Shown here in pieces: positions 1-14,300 of a stretch of 64,000 nt of DNA. The stretch covers positions 16,058,001-16,122,000 of the forward strand of contig NC_047062.1 of NCBI RefSeq assembly GCF_902459465.1, given 5' to 3'. The notes beneath the pieces were generated by a model, which was not told where the DNA came from, did not search any database, and saw nothing but the letters and a program-made list of their open reading frames with translations. The stretch is from Asterias rubens (Eukaryota). The position numbers were made by a program, and so were the translations under genes. How positions within the stretch are numbered: the first letter of the stretch is position 1; each line of letters starts with the position of its first letter.

Positions 1-147
1 CCTGTCAAGGGGGGTTGATATTGAACCGGACATGTTGTTAATGACTTAATGGTTACTTTAGGGGGGGTCAATTTTTTCTCTGGTAAAAACACTACTGCCT
101 TGCCTGTGTACCTATCTAACTATCTCCGTCTGGTAGATCTTACCTGG

Positions 148-521
148 GCCCAAGCACAAACAAATGCTTAGCCTGAAATTTCTTCCTTGGTAAAAACAGG
201 ATTACCAACCAAATTTCCACGTGATTTTCAGGATTAAGCAAACAACAGCCGAATACCAGTATCAAGCAATATGCAACAAATGAAAATTTGGTTGGTAATC
301 CTGTTTTTACCTAGGAAGAAATTTCATGCTAATAAATTTGTTGTGCTTGTGGATTACCAACCAAATTTCCACGTGATTTTCAGGATTAAGCAAACAACAG
401 CCGAATACCAGTATCAAGCAATATGCAACATATGAAAATTTGGTTGGTAATCCTGTTTTTACCTAGGAAGAAATTTCATGCTAATAAATTTGTTGTGCTT
501 ACAGGCTTTATGTAATTGGGC
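148..521. mobile_element. Foldback MITE (GCCCAA termini, CCTGG left flank) with an internal 150-bp tandem duplication
   Basis: cctgg|gcccaa...ttgggc; internal arms are inverted repeats; 199-348 repeated at 351-500 with one mismatch seen. Confidence 0.7.
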
Positions 522-1098
522 CGGAAGCGTACCTTAGGTCGTTGAGTTGAGTTCCACTTGTGTCTGTTATTTTCTCCAATAGACTTTTATCGTGCTGTTG
601 CCAACTTGGTCATGGTCCCTGTATCCAAGCACAGTCATGGATGCTAATATTCATGGTACAAAGAGGAACCAGACTATTTGGCTTTCGAGCCTCGGTTTTG
701 GTTACGTTGTTTCGAGTGCGGGAAATCAAGATGGCCAAGTGAGAACCCCTCATTTAAATCTAGCCCCTGTTATATTGCGGCATTACCTACATCTGTCCTT
801 GATCTTTGGTTATGTCACAATTTTGTTATTGTTGTGTGTCTGTTATGGGATTGTTGGCAACGAGATCTACATGCCCTCTGGATCTCGTCCAGTACCTCGT
901 CATTACGTGTTGATACTTCTGTTCAAAGTTATACTGCTGCCGTTGTAATACATGCATTGGTATTATTATTGATACCGTATCGCTTGTGACGTCATTGATG
1001 TTTTGATGCTGTCGGATTTGTGGTGCATTTTAAGTTAATGTCGTCGTAATTGTTGATATTACAAAATATTGTTGCTGTCTTTGATGTTGTCGGTATTT

Positions 1099-1130
1099 GT
1101 TGTGGTGTTGTTGTTGTTGTTGTTGTTGAT
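1099..1130 (+). repeat. (GTT)n microsatellite
   Basis: ttgttgtggtgttgttgttgttgttgttgttg. Confidence 0.8.
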
Positions 1131-4100
1131 GTTTGTGCTTTAATTTCCAGATTCAGGTATTCATGACAATTAGATCTAGCCTAATGTCAACATGCCTGCA
1201 TTTTGGTCGTACTGATGTCTGTAAGTAACTATTTTACAGCTTGAAGGAGCACTTGATTCTTGAATACAGCTTGGCCTCGAAGATCTATGATTAGCAACTT
1301 GAGAAATGATCAATTTCCACGAGGAACCTGCATGTACAGGGAACAGTCCACAGTTCCCAACCCTCTTATGTCATAATAAGGAGGTGTCCTATTAATTAAC
1401 GGCCATGTGGCATGTGGGGTCGGATTTGGTTAAAAAGTCCGTCCTTAAAGTGTTAAAAAGTCTTAAATTGAATTATCCAAATTTAAGGCCTAAAGGAGCA
1501 TTAATAGATATTAAATTCAGTAATTTGTTCATGTCTTTACAAAATTGATGAAGTGGGTAAACCTGTGGTTTTTTCTTCTTTTGGCACAGAGTTATGAACT
1601 TGCTGTTTCTCCCCTGCTTTTTTCAACTATTAAAAATTGTCTTAATTTTTTTAAGGGTGGCTCAAAAGTGTCTTTAAAGTCTAATATTTGACTTTTTGAA
1701 GTGTGCAGATACCCTGGTGTAGCCGTAGCTGAAGTTGATTGGCGATTCCGACACGCAGTATAAATATCATCCCAAATTTCTCGTAGGCTTAAAATTTGAG
1801 GTCAGATAAAGTTCAGTCTTTTTTGCCAGAGATGATCACAAATAGCACTCTATTATTGTTATCAACTCTCATGAGCCTACTTCTGATCATGATCTATACA
1901 TATACCAGATCAGATGAAAAATCTGTCATCTATTACCGGACTCACTGACTACAACCAGACCCTGAAATGACCGGCAACACGGTACACATCTCCGCTCAAG
2001 CCCTCGCCTTTGTTTATTTTTGGCTTGAATAAACGGAAACTGTTGCAATATTATATTTCTCCATCCAGATTTCTAGTTCAAACGTTCTCCCCACCAGTGT
2101 CAAGGTCCTCCCGCCGTCAATAATTGAATACAAGCGGGTAATGTAGCGCATTATTACCACCCGTCGAGCCGTGGATTCGGCACTACGAGCCTTACATTCC
2201 CGGTATAGATCGGGTGTTTCTCTGATAATTGCACACTCCAGGGTTGAACGACCATTGCTGTGTTGGATCGTTAGTGAAACAGAAATAGTATGTTAGAAAT
2301 TAGGTAGGAGCGGGAAAAGCACATCCGTTTGTTCTGGAAGCAATTTTTCATGTCTCTATTGATGATTTTGTGGCTTTGAGATATCGAAGGTGATTTTGTC
2401 AACAAGCCCGCTTTGGATCCGGCATTTTGAATGGATAGCTGACGCAATTAAGACGCTGTTGTTTTTGTTTACATTATCTGTTTTTTGTTGTAGTGTAAAC
2501 AAATCGAGTTTGTACTATATATTAAAGTGAATGTAAATGTTTATGAGAGACAGGGCCATTGGTGTTAACTTTGTCATGGGCACGTCATGGTCACGTCATG
2601 GTCACGTCACGATGAGAGACTACTGATGATACCACTTGACAAAAAAACTTCCTGTGCGCTGTGCGTTGTGTTGGATAATACAAATACATGTAGAAATAGG
2701 TTAAAATAACAGTAACGTCGGGACATCAGCTGGAACAATGCACATTGTACATTGTTTTAAAAGGGTCAATTGTTAATTCTAACCAGCTACCACACAGGGC
2801 GTTTCATGACAAATTGTATGTTTTGTATCATAATCACCTTATACTATCACTGGAACTCTTCTATTGAAAAATGCATCCAGGTGAAATCCACATAAAATGT
2901 TGTACTCCATTGAGCCACGCATGGCACGTTCCGGCTCTTTTTTTTTTCTAAACACGTGGCGTCACAGGTTTCAGGGACTTGATGCCTATACTGTTTATTA
3001 AAGACACATCAAATTACATAAATATTGTTGTGGAGAATTTCTTTCTCTAACTATTGTTGTCATCACTTGAATGAAAAAAAAACGGTTAAAGGTCAAAATG
3101 CAAGATCACGAATGTGCCTTCGCTCCTTGTACTTTTAAGGTTTTGCTCCACGGTAGATTATGTGCAAACGAATGAGACATGCACGAAAACCTCATCCAAG
3201 GACAGAAAACGACAGTTGGCATAAACAGTTATTATGGTTGTCTGCGTTCATAATGTCACAAAAAAGTACACAAAGTTCATTTCTAGTTGTTGACTGTCTA
3301 TTCAAAGTAAAGTTTCTCTCCGGGCAATGAACAAGTGGAATATTTGGAAGCAATCACATTCAGCCATTTTGGGAAGTGTCTTAAAGGCTAAGGCTATAAA
3401 AGTGAATATGGATAGTTGTGACGACAGAGGTCACTATGTTTCATGGGTGTCACAGTGTGGTAATAGTAGGCGTTTAACAATTTCTGTTAGACAAAATCCA
3501 ATTTTATAAAGGCGTTTTTCTACAATGCTTTGTATTTTTCATGGTGTTTTGAATATGCCACCATTGCCTCCAATTCATGTGTCTCTTTATAGTTCTTTAA
3601 CTCAACTCCACTAAAAAAAAAAACTGTATCATAATGTTCTGCAGATTAGGCTCCATTAACACAGTTAACAATTTAATTAGGGCATTATGTAACATCACAC
3701 CAAAAAAAGATTCGAAGTACACAAAATACTAACATCTTTATTCATTTGAACTTCTCTATAATTACCTGTACGTACATTTTGCAGCATGGGAACAACATGC
3801 TGAGTTGAATTGAGCTGAATGGAGTATTTTTACCGTCTTCAGGTCAGATATTCTTATCACAGCTATAAAGTAAAAGTTCAATGTACGCATTGGTAGTGTT
3901 GAGAACCGCACAATGTTGTTTGGAACCCCTTCTCTGTAAAGGCATCCGTTTATTAAATGCACTATGAGTCTCAAAAAACGCCTTGTGTTTCAAACAAGGA
4001 AGTTTCACTCGTCGAGTTCTGTCCTGTATTTCACTTCCACAGTCAAGTTTAAATTTAGACCTCGAAGAAACGGACTTTACATGACAATTAAAAGCGCCAA

Positions 4101-4547
4101 ATTTGTAATGAAGGAAACTGCAAGATGTCGGTTTTCCTAAAAGCAAGTCATTCAAGTATATGTTCATGTACTTTGGGCAGGTTTTTCTGCTTTATTCACT
4201 TGGCACTCTTCCATTTTATAGCAGCAAGCGTGAGTCACGTTATTCAATGCGATACAATATGACACCAAATGACATGAAGTATTAGTATGACATGTGGGCG
4301 ACAGCCGTTTACGACAAATTAGCTGAAATAAAAATACATCTCTGTGTGATGAACAGTTGATTGCCGAAGGGGTATTATTTTAGATGACAACTAATCCGTT
4401 TCAATTGTAGATAAGTGGAATATTCAGTGGTACTTGTGAAGTCATTTTAAATTGCTCCAATTTGGTGACCCTTGTGTCGGCTTCTGTTTCATTCCTAGAC
4501 GTTACGATTTTTCTGAATGTTGCATTGAAGATTACAACGATCCATGG

Positions 4548-4688
4548 GTGGATTTCCAAAAGAGTTAAGTCTTATCTCGAGTTAGTTCGAGTTACTCCTA
4601 CTAACTCGTCCTGTAGGTAAAGGACTAGTTTTTAAAACTCTTACAGAGTCCTAGGAGGGTTCTTAAGACAATCTTTGTGAAATTGAAC
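4548..4688. mobile_element. CCWGG-flank MITE
   Basis: catgg|gtggatttc...gaaattgaac|ccagg; interior (ctcgagttag, aactcgtcct) shared with 8702-8843 and 44550-44709. Confidence 0.55.
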
Positions 4689-6870
4689 CCAGGGTTGTTT
4701 TTAAATTGTTGCCTGCTGCTGACACCGGTTTCGATAATGGAAAGGTATGGCACGCATTGGGGTCTTACCTCTATGGGGAATGGCACTGCAGCGATCAGAT
4801 AATTTGTACGTATTATATTTAAAACTATATTATAAGAAACAGTGTTCCTTTCTGCTGTCTGGTAAATCACAATTCGTGGGTTTGTAATACAATCAACACA
4901 CCTCGATAGTTTCCTCTTTGAAGATGGTTCTTGGCTGGGGAAGGACACTGCAAAAAAGCCGTGTTCAAATTGATACCATAGTGTTGTCATAAATAGATAC
5001 CAAAAAGGTATCAACATTTTTATTTTACACTATAAGGTATTAACATAACACTGATTACTGGCAAGACAATTACATTGGTGTTATTATATAAAACAAAAAT
5101 TAACACTATAGTTAACACTATTTACACATGCTGCCAATTTGTGATTCTTGTTGATGTTTCAATAGTATGTGACAACACCAAATGGTGTCAATTTTAACAC
5201 CTCAGTGTTTGCAAAGTACATGTGCTTGACACACGTCAGTGTGTTGGTTAAAATGCCATACCACATTTATTTATCGTTTGGGGCAAAATGAGCAAAATGA
5301 GTTACATTGCAAAAACGCTGCGATGATTAAGACAGTTGCAATAAAGTATTAAAAGGGTAATATTAAGGCAGCTTGTGCAATTTCCATTCGAAAATTTATA
5401 AGGATATGGGAAATCATGTTCAATGTCTATAAAAAAAATTAAGTACATCACAACTTGGGAAGATTGGTACCATAAGCGGATTAAGTTTTTAAACTGGATT
5501 ACGTTTGCCTACCAAGAACATATGTTGCATTCTGAAAGTAATTTTAAGATTTATTGGATTAGATTTTCACAAACATGGCGAGTTTGTGGAAAATTTGATG
5601 CTAAAAGTGTGCGGGAAAACTATAAACGACGCGTATGCCACTCACTCGATTATCCAGATTCGACGGTCGTTGATATCAATATTTTGAGATTACAAGAAAA
5701 CCAAACTGATGAGTATTATCAAAGTAGATTGTCATTCTCGCTTCTGTTTTATAACAACAGGTGTGTGAAAAACCAGGTTTTGGTTGAAAATGTGTAGTTC
5801 TAATCAATGCAGTCTAGATTTAAAATCACTGTTCTGATGGTCTTTTTCACATTAATTGATAATATTTTCTTAGCTTGTGTTAAAAAGTCATATGTTGGGG
5901 ATTTTTGTATTTATTTTTTTGAGTGTGATGGGGGAAAGAATCTTAAACATGCTATTTTGATGACTTTTATGGCAGCCGTTTAGTTGTATCCATTGACAAT
6001 ATTGGTACCGTTACATGAGATATCAGACTAAATTGATACCATGGTTTTTCAGCATGTTTTAAATGACCTTTTATAGCTAGACTTTGATTTGGAATAGAAA
6101 CCCCTATCTTATTACACGTCTGTAACATGCCGTGTCACCGTACATGACACAGTGTCTGGACCCCTAGATTAACCTAGACGATGAAGTCTATGGTGCAGTT
6201 CATCGGGAGACACGCACAATTTCCTGATCGGAAGTTAATGTGACGCAGCATCTGATTGGACAGATGTTTTGATAACGGGCCTGTCAATTGGCCAATCGGT
6301 GGGGATAGTCATCTATTGCCTCAGTGGTACTATCTGCCGCTCCGTAGAGGTGTGCGTAAAGTTAATGAAGATGGAGAAGGTGTCATTGATAAAACATTAT
6401 CTCATTTACTTCGGGCATTGCGATGAGCGCCCTAACCCTATGTAATGAAAAACATCATCTTCAAGTTGGTATATGAACACCAATATTGACTCATCCTATG
6501 TACACTCTGAAGTACTTGATATCCGAGCAGATGTGAGTCAAGCCTGTGCCACGGATGCAACATCTGTTTTAAGAAGAGCAAAAAGTTGTGGGCTCAGAGA
6601 AGAGCTGATGGTTTGACAGTCAGGTCGATGTTTTGATCAGTCATGCTTTATGGTCTTCATCGCAAGATAAAAGAATGTACAACCTCTTTCTCATCTTGTT
6701 TTTTTCGTAACCAGCCACTGACTTCCAACAGCTATTTGCGTGGTATATATTGATTCCTCACCATGCAATGCCTCCAATCGTATATAATGTGGCACTAGTT
6801 TTCAATCTGGTCCCTCCTACCAGGGTGTTTGAGCGTCAAGCTTTCTCCTTGGTCCCACCCAATACTGCTT

Positions 6871-7246
6871 TGGACACTATTGATAATTGTCAAAGACCAG
6901 TCTTCTCATTTGTTGTATCTCAACATATGCACAAAATAATAAACCTGTGAAAATTTGAGCTCAATTGGTCGTCGAAGTTGCGAGATAACTATGAAAGAAG
7001 AAAAAAAACCTTGTCACTCACGAAGTTGTGTGCGTTTGGATGTCTGATTTGGAGACCTCTAATTCTAAATCTGAGGTCTCGAAATCAAATTCTTGGAAAA
7101 TTACTTCTTTCTCGAAAACTACGTCACTTCAGAGGGAGCTGTTTCTTACAATGTTTTATACTATCAACCTCTCCCCATTACTCATTACCAAGTAAGGTTT
7201 TATGCTAATCATCATTTTGAGTAATTACCAATAGTGTCCACTGCCT
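6871..7246. mobile_element. Kolobok-like MITE family 1 copy
   Basis: Shared ~380-bp consensus, TIR ...GGACACTATTG(G/A)TAATT; left end eroded. Confidence 0.85.
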
Positions 7247-8701
7247 TATTTAGTAAACAGGAACAAAGAGCCACTCCAACAGTTTGATTCTACACACTGT
7301 GCTCTTTTGAACTCATTGTATTACATCCACCCTGCAATCTATACTGTTGAGGAATATCATTTCCTGCCGTCAGCTCCCCTGACTTGTTTTCATCTTAAAT
7401 GTTTTCCTCTTTTATCCCTTAACAAAAAGAGTGGCTTAACCACGTTACCACAATTAAAACCCTTAAAATGCAAGCATCGCACCGCGCTATCGTGTCATAA
7501 TTTCTTTCCTCTGTACTATGATCTTTTGTCAACTTGAAACTTTGTGTCAAAAACCTAGACAGACTCGACTTTTTCTCCAAATGATCCGGGATTGGATTTC
7601 GTTAAAAGGCGTTTCCTTTGACCTTGTTTTAGCCGAGGCAAACCGTGGGGCGTTACACTCTGGTCACCTGGCCGAGCCACGGGTCAAACCTGCGGTGTCT
7701 GGATCAGTCTGGGCGTCAGACAACCCATGTTTTAGGGACTCATGACTAATTGCTGGGGTTTTATTTCAAGTACCAACAGAGAACTATTTATAATATAACA
7801 TACAATTTAAGGTTGTTCCGGGGTTGTCAATGACTCATCTCCAGAAACCAGACAAAAAGGAACTCTTTTGTGTCTCCGATTGTTAGTGACGTTGGATTTT
7901 GTGTTAATGTGTCCAGTTTAGACAAGTTCAAGAGGCTTTGTATTTGACGTACCCCGCCTCAACTCAGATACCATGTCCCCACCCCCCCCCCCCCCCCGAC
8001 TCCATACCTTCATCCACACAGACACCTCTGCTGCCCGTTCCCCAATATGTATTTATAAAACCGCTCAAGAGCGCACGCGGCACACCCCTTTTTATTAATA
8101 AAACCCTAATAGTCTGAAAGTGTGCTTAATTGCCCAATATTGCTGAAAATTCAAACAGCTGGGCGGGCTCCATACACGATCAAGCAAAACCGTCAGTGTA
8201 TGGCAGTCAACACCACCCCTCCCACTATTGTACCCTCAGTCATGCTTGTTAATGTAACATACATCATTAAATTTAAACAGAGCGTTCCAAGTAAGCTTCC
8301 ATAAGACGATTTTCCCCGAAACAGTTCTGGTATAAATCAGCGACGAAGTCTCTTAGCCCCAGGCCCCCTACCGCAGCAGCCGCGGATCGCTGCCCGATGA
8401 TTTATATCATACTCCGACTGCCTCGTTTACTTATAACTCCAAGAGGCAGAAAATTAGAGCTAAATGGGTCACGTCATAGACGCTACCAATCTGCTGGTCC
8501 CTCATCACTAACGGCATAACTTGGTTTCCCGTTGGTAAGTTTCTCCCCTATTCCCCTGGTTGAGTTCCAGACGACTGTCTCGCTACAAAGTTTCCAGTAG
8601 AGCCTCTATTGAACATTGAACCATATTGGGGTAGATAGATAGATGGTTTATCCGTGGTATAAGAAATGAGAGAATCTCAGTCATCTTCTAAAGTACTAAG
8701 G

Positions 8702-9027
8702 GTCAATTTTATAAAGATATTTGTAACTTAGAACTAGTGCTAATGACTCTTTAGGAGGTGTTGAAAACTTAAAGCTTAAGATAAAACGAGTATAAACTCG
8801 TCCTAACTTGAGATAAGAATAGTCTTAACTAGTTGAGATAAAAACAGGGCCAAGTTTTTTAGAGCTGCTGAAGCAAAATGTAACTAAGTGCTTATACCAA
8901 ACAAGATTTATACCTGACAAAGTGCTGTGTATTGAGGACAATCTGTGACTCATTTGCTGCTTATTTTTTTCTGAGCTGAAAGTTGCTAAGCATATTTATC
9001 TGCTTTAGCAGCTCTATGAAAATGGGC
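8702..9027. mobile_element. Two adjacent CCWGG-flank MITEs (8702-8843 and 8849-9027)
   Basis: Second element has TIR gccaa...tagagctgct / agcagctctatgaaaatgggc with ACAGG duplicated on both sides (8844-48, 9028-32). Confidence 0.65.
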
Positions 9028-9213
9028 ACAGGTATTGGTGAAAGGCAAACAAAACCAAAGCTTTTGTAACACACTGACGGGTTTGTCGGTTGAAATAAAT
9101 GGTACCGTTTAAAGTTTGCATTGGGGTGTAATGTGAACGTAGTCTTTCACGCGTACACGTTTCAGTCTATTGGAAATTAGCAACAACTACACGACAACAA
9201 ATAAATGGTTTAA

Positions 9214-9563
9214 AGACACTGGCCACTATTGGTAACTGTCAAAGACCAGTCTTCTCACTTGGTGTATCTCAACATATGCATAAAATAACAAACCTGTGAA
9301 AATTTGAGCTCAATCGGTCGTCGAAACACCCTTGTCACACGAAGTCGTGTGCGTTGAGATGCTTGATTTCGAGACCTCAAGTTCTAAACTTGAGGTTTTG
9401 AAATCAAATCCGTGGAAAATAACTTCTTTTTCGAAAACTATGGTACTTCAGACGGAGCCGTTTCTCACAATGTTTTATCCATCAACCTCTCCCCAATACT
9501 CGTCACCAAGAAAGGTTTTATGCTAATAATTATTTTGAGTAATTACCAATGTGTCCACTGCCT
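9214..9563. mobile_element. Kolobok-like MITE family 1 copy
   Basis: TTAA|agacactggccactattggtaa...gtgtccactgcct|TTAA. Confidence 0.88.
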
Positions 9564-9894
9564 TTAATTGTATGGTTATGATACATTTTCTATGGAGTTG
9601 CACTGGTCAGGTTTATGGCTTCTTCTCCCGTCCTTTTACCGCATTTGATGCTCGATATGGCGCTTTCTTTTGTTTTTACCTAACGAAGATCAAACACATG
9701 CAGAGTTGCTACTTCAAAAACAAACAAGCAAACAAACGTGACCAGTCAATCGACTTACTATGTTTGCTTTCTGTTTTGTTCCTCTTTCAGACCAAACGTG
9801 TGCGTTTCAAGGTGTTGCAGCGGTTGGAAACTAGACGCATATACAGGAGAGTGTACTATTCGTAAGTATTCAGTCAGAGTCACTTAAAGCTTAA

Positions 9895-10282
9895 AGGCAC
9901 GGGACACCGTTGATAATTGTCCAAAGACCAGTATTCTCACTTGGTGTATTCCAACATATTATGAATAATAATTATAAACAAATCAGTGAAAATTTGGACT
10001 CAAATGTTCATCGAAGTTGCAAGGGAATAGTGAAAGAAAAAACACCCTTGTTGTTGTCTCGTGTGCTTTCAGATGCCTAATAAAAGGCTTCAGGCCTGAA
10101 GTTATTTATCAGGTTCAAATATTTGAGTGAACAATACCTCTTTCTCAAAAGCTACCCTTACTTCAGAGGGAGCCGTTTCTCACAATGTTGTATATCTACC
10201 AACAGCTCTCCGTTGCTCGTTACCAAGTAAGTTTTTACGCTAAGACTTATTTTGAGTAATTACCAATAGTGTAAAAGTGCCT
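9895..10282. mobile_element. Kolobok-like MITE family 1 copy (diverged)
   Basis: TTAA|aggcacgggacacc...taccaatagtgtaaaagtgcct|TTAA. Confidence 0.85.
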
Positions 10283-11092
10283 TTAATAATGTTTTACTCT
10301 AGAATCTCACCTCTTGAACAAGCAGACACCAGGTGTAAATGCCGTAGCCCCAAGGGACAGGTGCGAGAACAAAATACGCACCTGAACATGCCGATCATTC
10401 ACAATTAGGTTCTCGTTGATTAAAGTTGTCCCCCTCCCAATCTTGTCCTGAATACCTTCCGGGAATGTGTATATTGTCTTAATAGACGAAATTACTCACA
10501 ACCTGGGTGATTTCTTCCATCAAGCGAGCCGGTTTCATTGTGGATTTACTAATATAGGGTTCCAGCCCATCTTATATTTCACACCTGTGCTCAACAAATA
10601 CCACAAGATCACCCTCTGTCATGTGTACAATTTGTAGCTGGTCTGCGCTTCTTTAAAGGGAAGCCTACTGCAGCTTCCGATTGTTTAAACACTTCGAAGT
10701 AATGTGGTCATGTAATAAGATATCAGTTTTGATGCCCCAACATTCGAATATGAAAAGCATTACTGCAGTTACGCTTCTGAGTTGCGTAAATGACTGGAAA
10801 CATTACGACGGTACATTGTGAAAACACCGTTCAAATGTAAATTGTGTGCCAGACAGCGGCGTGGCCACGGGGTTGGCTAGATGGACACGTACCCATCCCA
10901 CCCCATCCCTTCCCCAAGGTCCCATCTCCTTGGTGCCCGAGGTAAAAAATAATCCAGACGGTTTAGTGCCATAAAATTAAAAGGAAAGCATGGTTCCTGT
11001 GTCCCCATAATGTTCTCCGACCCCCAGTGAAGCGTCCCGGCTACACCGTTAGAGCCAAATAAAACAGTTTTATTTCTATGTTCTCTGTACAG

Positions 11093-11362
11093 CTGATTGC
11101 AGACGGCGCTGCCAAAATGGCGGCATTTGCATCCAGGCGCGGCCCGACGTCTGCCAGTGCAGAACGGGCTTCCACGGGACGTACTGCCAGTCGGCTCAGG
11201 TGAGCGCGGCTGGCGGTGGCAGGTACAGACCCCCATCGTCGTCATCATCATCATCATCAAGTGGTACGAGCGGCGGTCTTTTCTCTAATGGACGAGTCGT
11301 GACGTCATCAATGAGATCTTCATCGTCTGTTGTTAACTACAATGGTAGAACGTCATCATCTG
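11093..11362 (+). CDS. LTBP: E1: non-Ca EGF + Ser-rich linker
   Basis: tacag|CT; [32 protein letters not shown] then [25 protein letters not shown]...RTSSS; TCT G|gtaaga; 270 nt. Confidence 0.85.
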
Positions 11363-14300
11363 GTAAGAACAAAATGACACCTTCTAACCCTTTGTTCCTC
11401 TTTCAAATAAAATACAAGATTGGCACCCATCCTATGATGGTTTTAAACAAGGAGGGTGGGTTCGAATCCACATAAGGTAACCGCTGATTTCGCAATGGCT
11501 ACATTGAGTGCTGCCGTCTTGTTACTGAATCACAATGATTTGTGCACTTCATAAATCATGGACTCTGTAAAATCAATGTTTGATGAGCATGGAGGTAGAA
11601 TTATAACAGGGTGGCTATGGGTATGAGAGAGATTGGCTGTTGCCAGCTTATCCCCTTGCGGGAGCTTTTTTTATGCTCAGTCTCAACAACAAAACAAGGA
11701 GAGTAACTTGCCCCAAACCAAACATTTAAAATTTAACGAGCAGAGGCGAACACTTTTAAAAGTGGGTCCCAGGGTCCCCTTAGTGGGTGTCCGAAAACAG
11801 GAGGTACTACATTCTAAATCTTGTTATGTTAAACCTTGGTAGGCCTTGGCCCATTTACTATTTCCTTAGTTCTTAATATAGAGGATGCCAAATTTACCAC
11901 CAAAGAAATTTGGCTTTTCATGGAGTGTTTTACTACGTTCCAGAAGATCTGATGTCAATTTGTCTAACTTTTTTTTTCGTTTTCGAACTGTTTATCAAGT
12001 TACACCTACGCTCTTGACTATTTGACCTATAAAGCAATGAACCAAAATTTTTTAAAATAGTAACACTTATTGTTGAATGATCTTCGCCTATATTACACAG
12101 TAACACCGCTTTAGTATGTCCCAAGGCATGCCCAGGGCATCGACAAGCCGAACCGCCCCGTGCTTAGGGGCTTCGCGTGGGCAGAGAACACTGGCCGTGC
12201 GTCAGCCCGCGCCTCTGCAAAAACAAGCTGCGACCGGGGGATGTAGTGTCACAGAGAGCTCTCTGCTAAGTGTCAATCCGTTTGACATGCCTTCTTACCA
12301 CAAGGTTATAGTTTGAGCCCTCTGGCAAATTGTCTAACAGTTTGAATTCTTCTCACTTTAAAGGGAAGGTTTAATATAGGCCAATGCTTTTTTTACAAGT
12401 AGAGTTTATAGACTCATTTTTGCCTGTGTGAAAGAGTCTAACCACAAGCACTCTTCTAGCAGCCACTATTTTTTTCTCGAAGTGGCATTTCAAACATTTA
12501 AGAAGAGTGAGATAGTTCGGAAAAACGACTGATGATGTATATCGAGACCAGGAGCCTCCTTCGTTGAGCTTTTTCAGCCAACAACTTGTTTTTCAAAAAT
12601 CTGTAATTTGCTTAATATCCGAAAGGGAGCCATTGCCAAAATGCCATATGATCCAGTATTTTCACAGCGTGCATCAAGTATTTTGGACATGGGCTCATAA
12701 ACGGCTGAGCGGAAAATATTTCTTGTTATTGTTCAGCAGTACAGGGGCTAAACTTGTCCTCTGACCTCTGCGAACTCTGGTTTGGCGGGAGAATCTGTGT
12801 TTTGGTGCCTGTGTCACCCCCCCCCCCCCCCCTCATACGACCCAAATTGTACAGAAAGTTCGTAAAATCTATCGTCCTCTTTTTTATCCATTATTCTGGC
12901 CATATTAATTTGCCATGTAGATACCTATGATACGGGTTCAAATCCGACTTCGGCGACCTCTGCTAAAGAGTCGTTTCTTCTAGGTTTTCCCTTCCGTTAC
13001 ATTTTAACTGCCCCCCCCCCCCCCAATCGTCTTGAGTGTCTGGTTTCGACAGGCCTCCTGCCTGCATAGAATCGCGTATAGTGGTTGGGATACATTGGTT
13101 TCATTACGAGAACAACTTGCATTTAGTGGGATGGCGCAAGATGACGCGGAGACCAAGCTGCAGCCACAGCCGTATCCGCTAATTCTGAAACGGTCTTAAA
13201 CTTTACCATAGAGAAATGTTTTCAACGGCCTTTATAGCAGTGCAGAAGTTCTGCCCGTGGCCAGCCCGAAATCGTCAATTCGGACGCCGCCTTAACTTTA
13301 ATACAAAGCAGACCATTATTCGACAGAACTGATGTCTAAAGCAATGACTCATACCCGTTATAAAAGGAATAGTTCATCCCTGGAGGAATCTTCAAAGTGT
13401 TGGACCCTTGTTAGTGGACTCGTGAAGCTACGTTCACTCTTCCCGTGTATCCCTCAAATTAAAATAAAAAATGACCTCGAGGTGAGTGAACCTAAAAAGG
13501 GCGCAAGACTGTCCAATAACAGTATCCTGTCAAAACAATAGTGTCTCATCACTTGACTATGCTCGTACAGTCACTTTGTGTACAGGGTGTATCTCTTAAA
13601 GTGGCAGCGTACCTTAAGTGACCTCGGCTGCATTTGTATATCTATCAAGATCTGTACCAACTATTAATAATAAATAAATGAGCAATTGATAATGGTGGGG
13701 ACATTCTTATGAAGGATTCATGGGATGCCTAAAGCTTCCTCTTCTCTCGATTAATTATTAGGCTGCATCCGCTATGGTATATATGGCGGCGTTGAAGAAC
13801 GGGCTTAATTTCGGCTATATTTTCAAATAGGCATGCATGCACAGTCGAAGCATCGGTTCGAACACTGGCTTAGTGTCATAACGGCCTTTACTCACCATTG
13901 CCGACATCTTGCTGTTTTCTCAACAGCGTTCAAGCGTCTGTGGATGGTGTTCAGACAACTCGACGGTTCGGAAAACTCGACGGTTCGGACAACGCGACGG
14001 TTCGGACAACTCGACGTTGAGACAACTCGGATGGCTGGCTTCGGCTTTTGCTTCGGTTTCGGAAGTTTGCCTTGGCCGAAAGCTTGCATTTCCAATAGAA
14101 TTTAAAAGTTAAAGCCAGGGCCTAAAAAAAAGTCGAAATCTTTGTTTCGAAAAGGCTCCGTTATGCAGCCTCAGCGTTTATTATTGAACACCCATTATGG
14201 GTCAGATTGTGTCGAGATAATAAAGATGACAACTTTTGTATGATTGTGCTTGTTTTTTAGGAATTAGTGGGGCCTGTGGGTGATACTTGACACCTCTGTC

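Noticed and set aside
560-5797. ORFs 560-989, 3762-4167, 4625-5017, 5423-5797
   Set aside because: No recognisable domain, no consistent splice signals, low-complexity or repeat-derived; treated as chance ORFs or unrecognisable TE debris.
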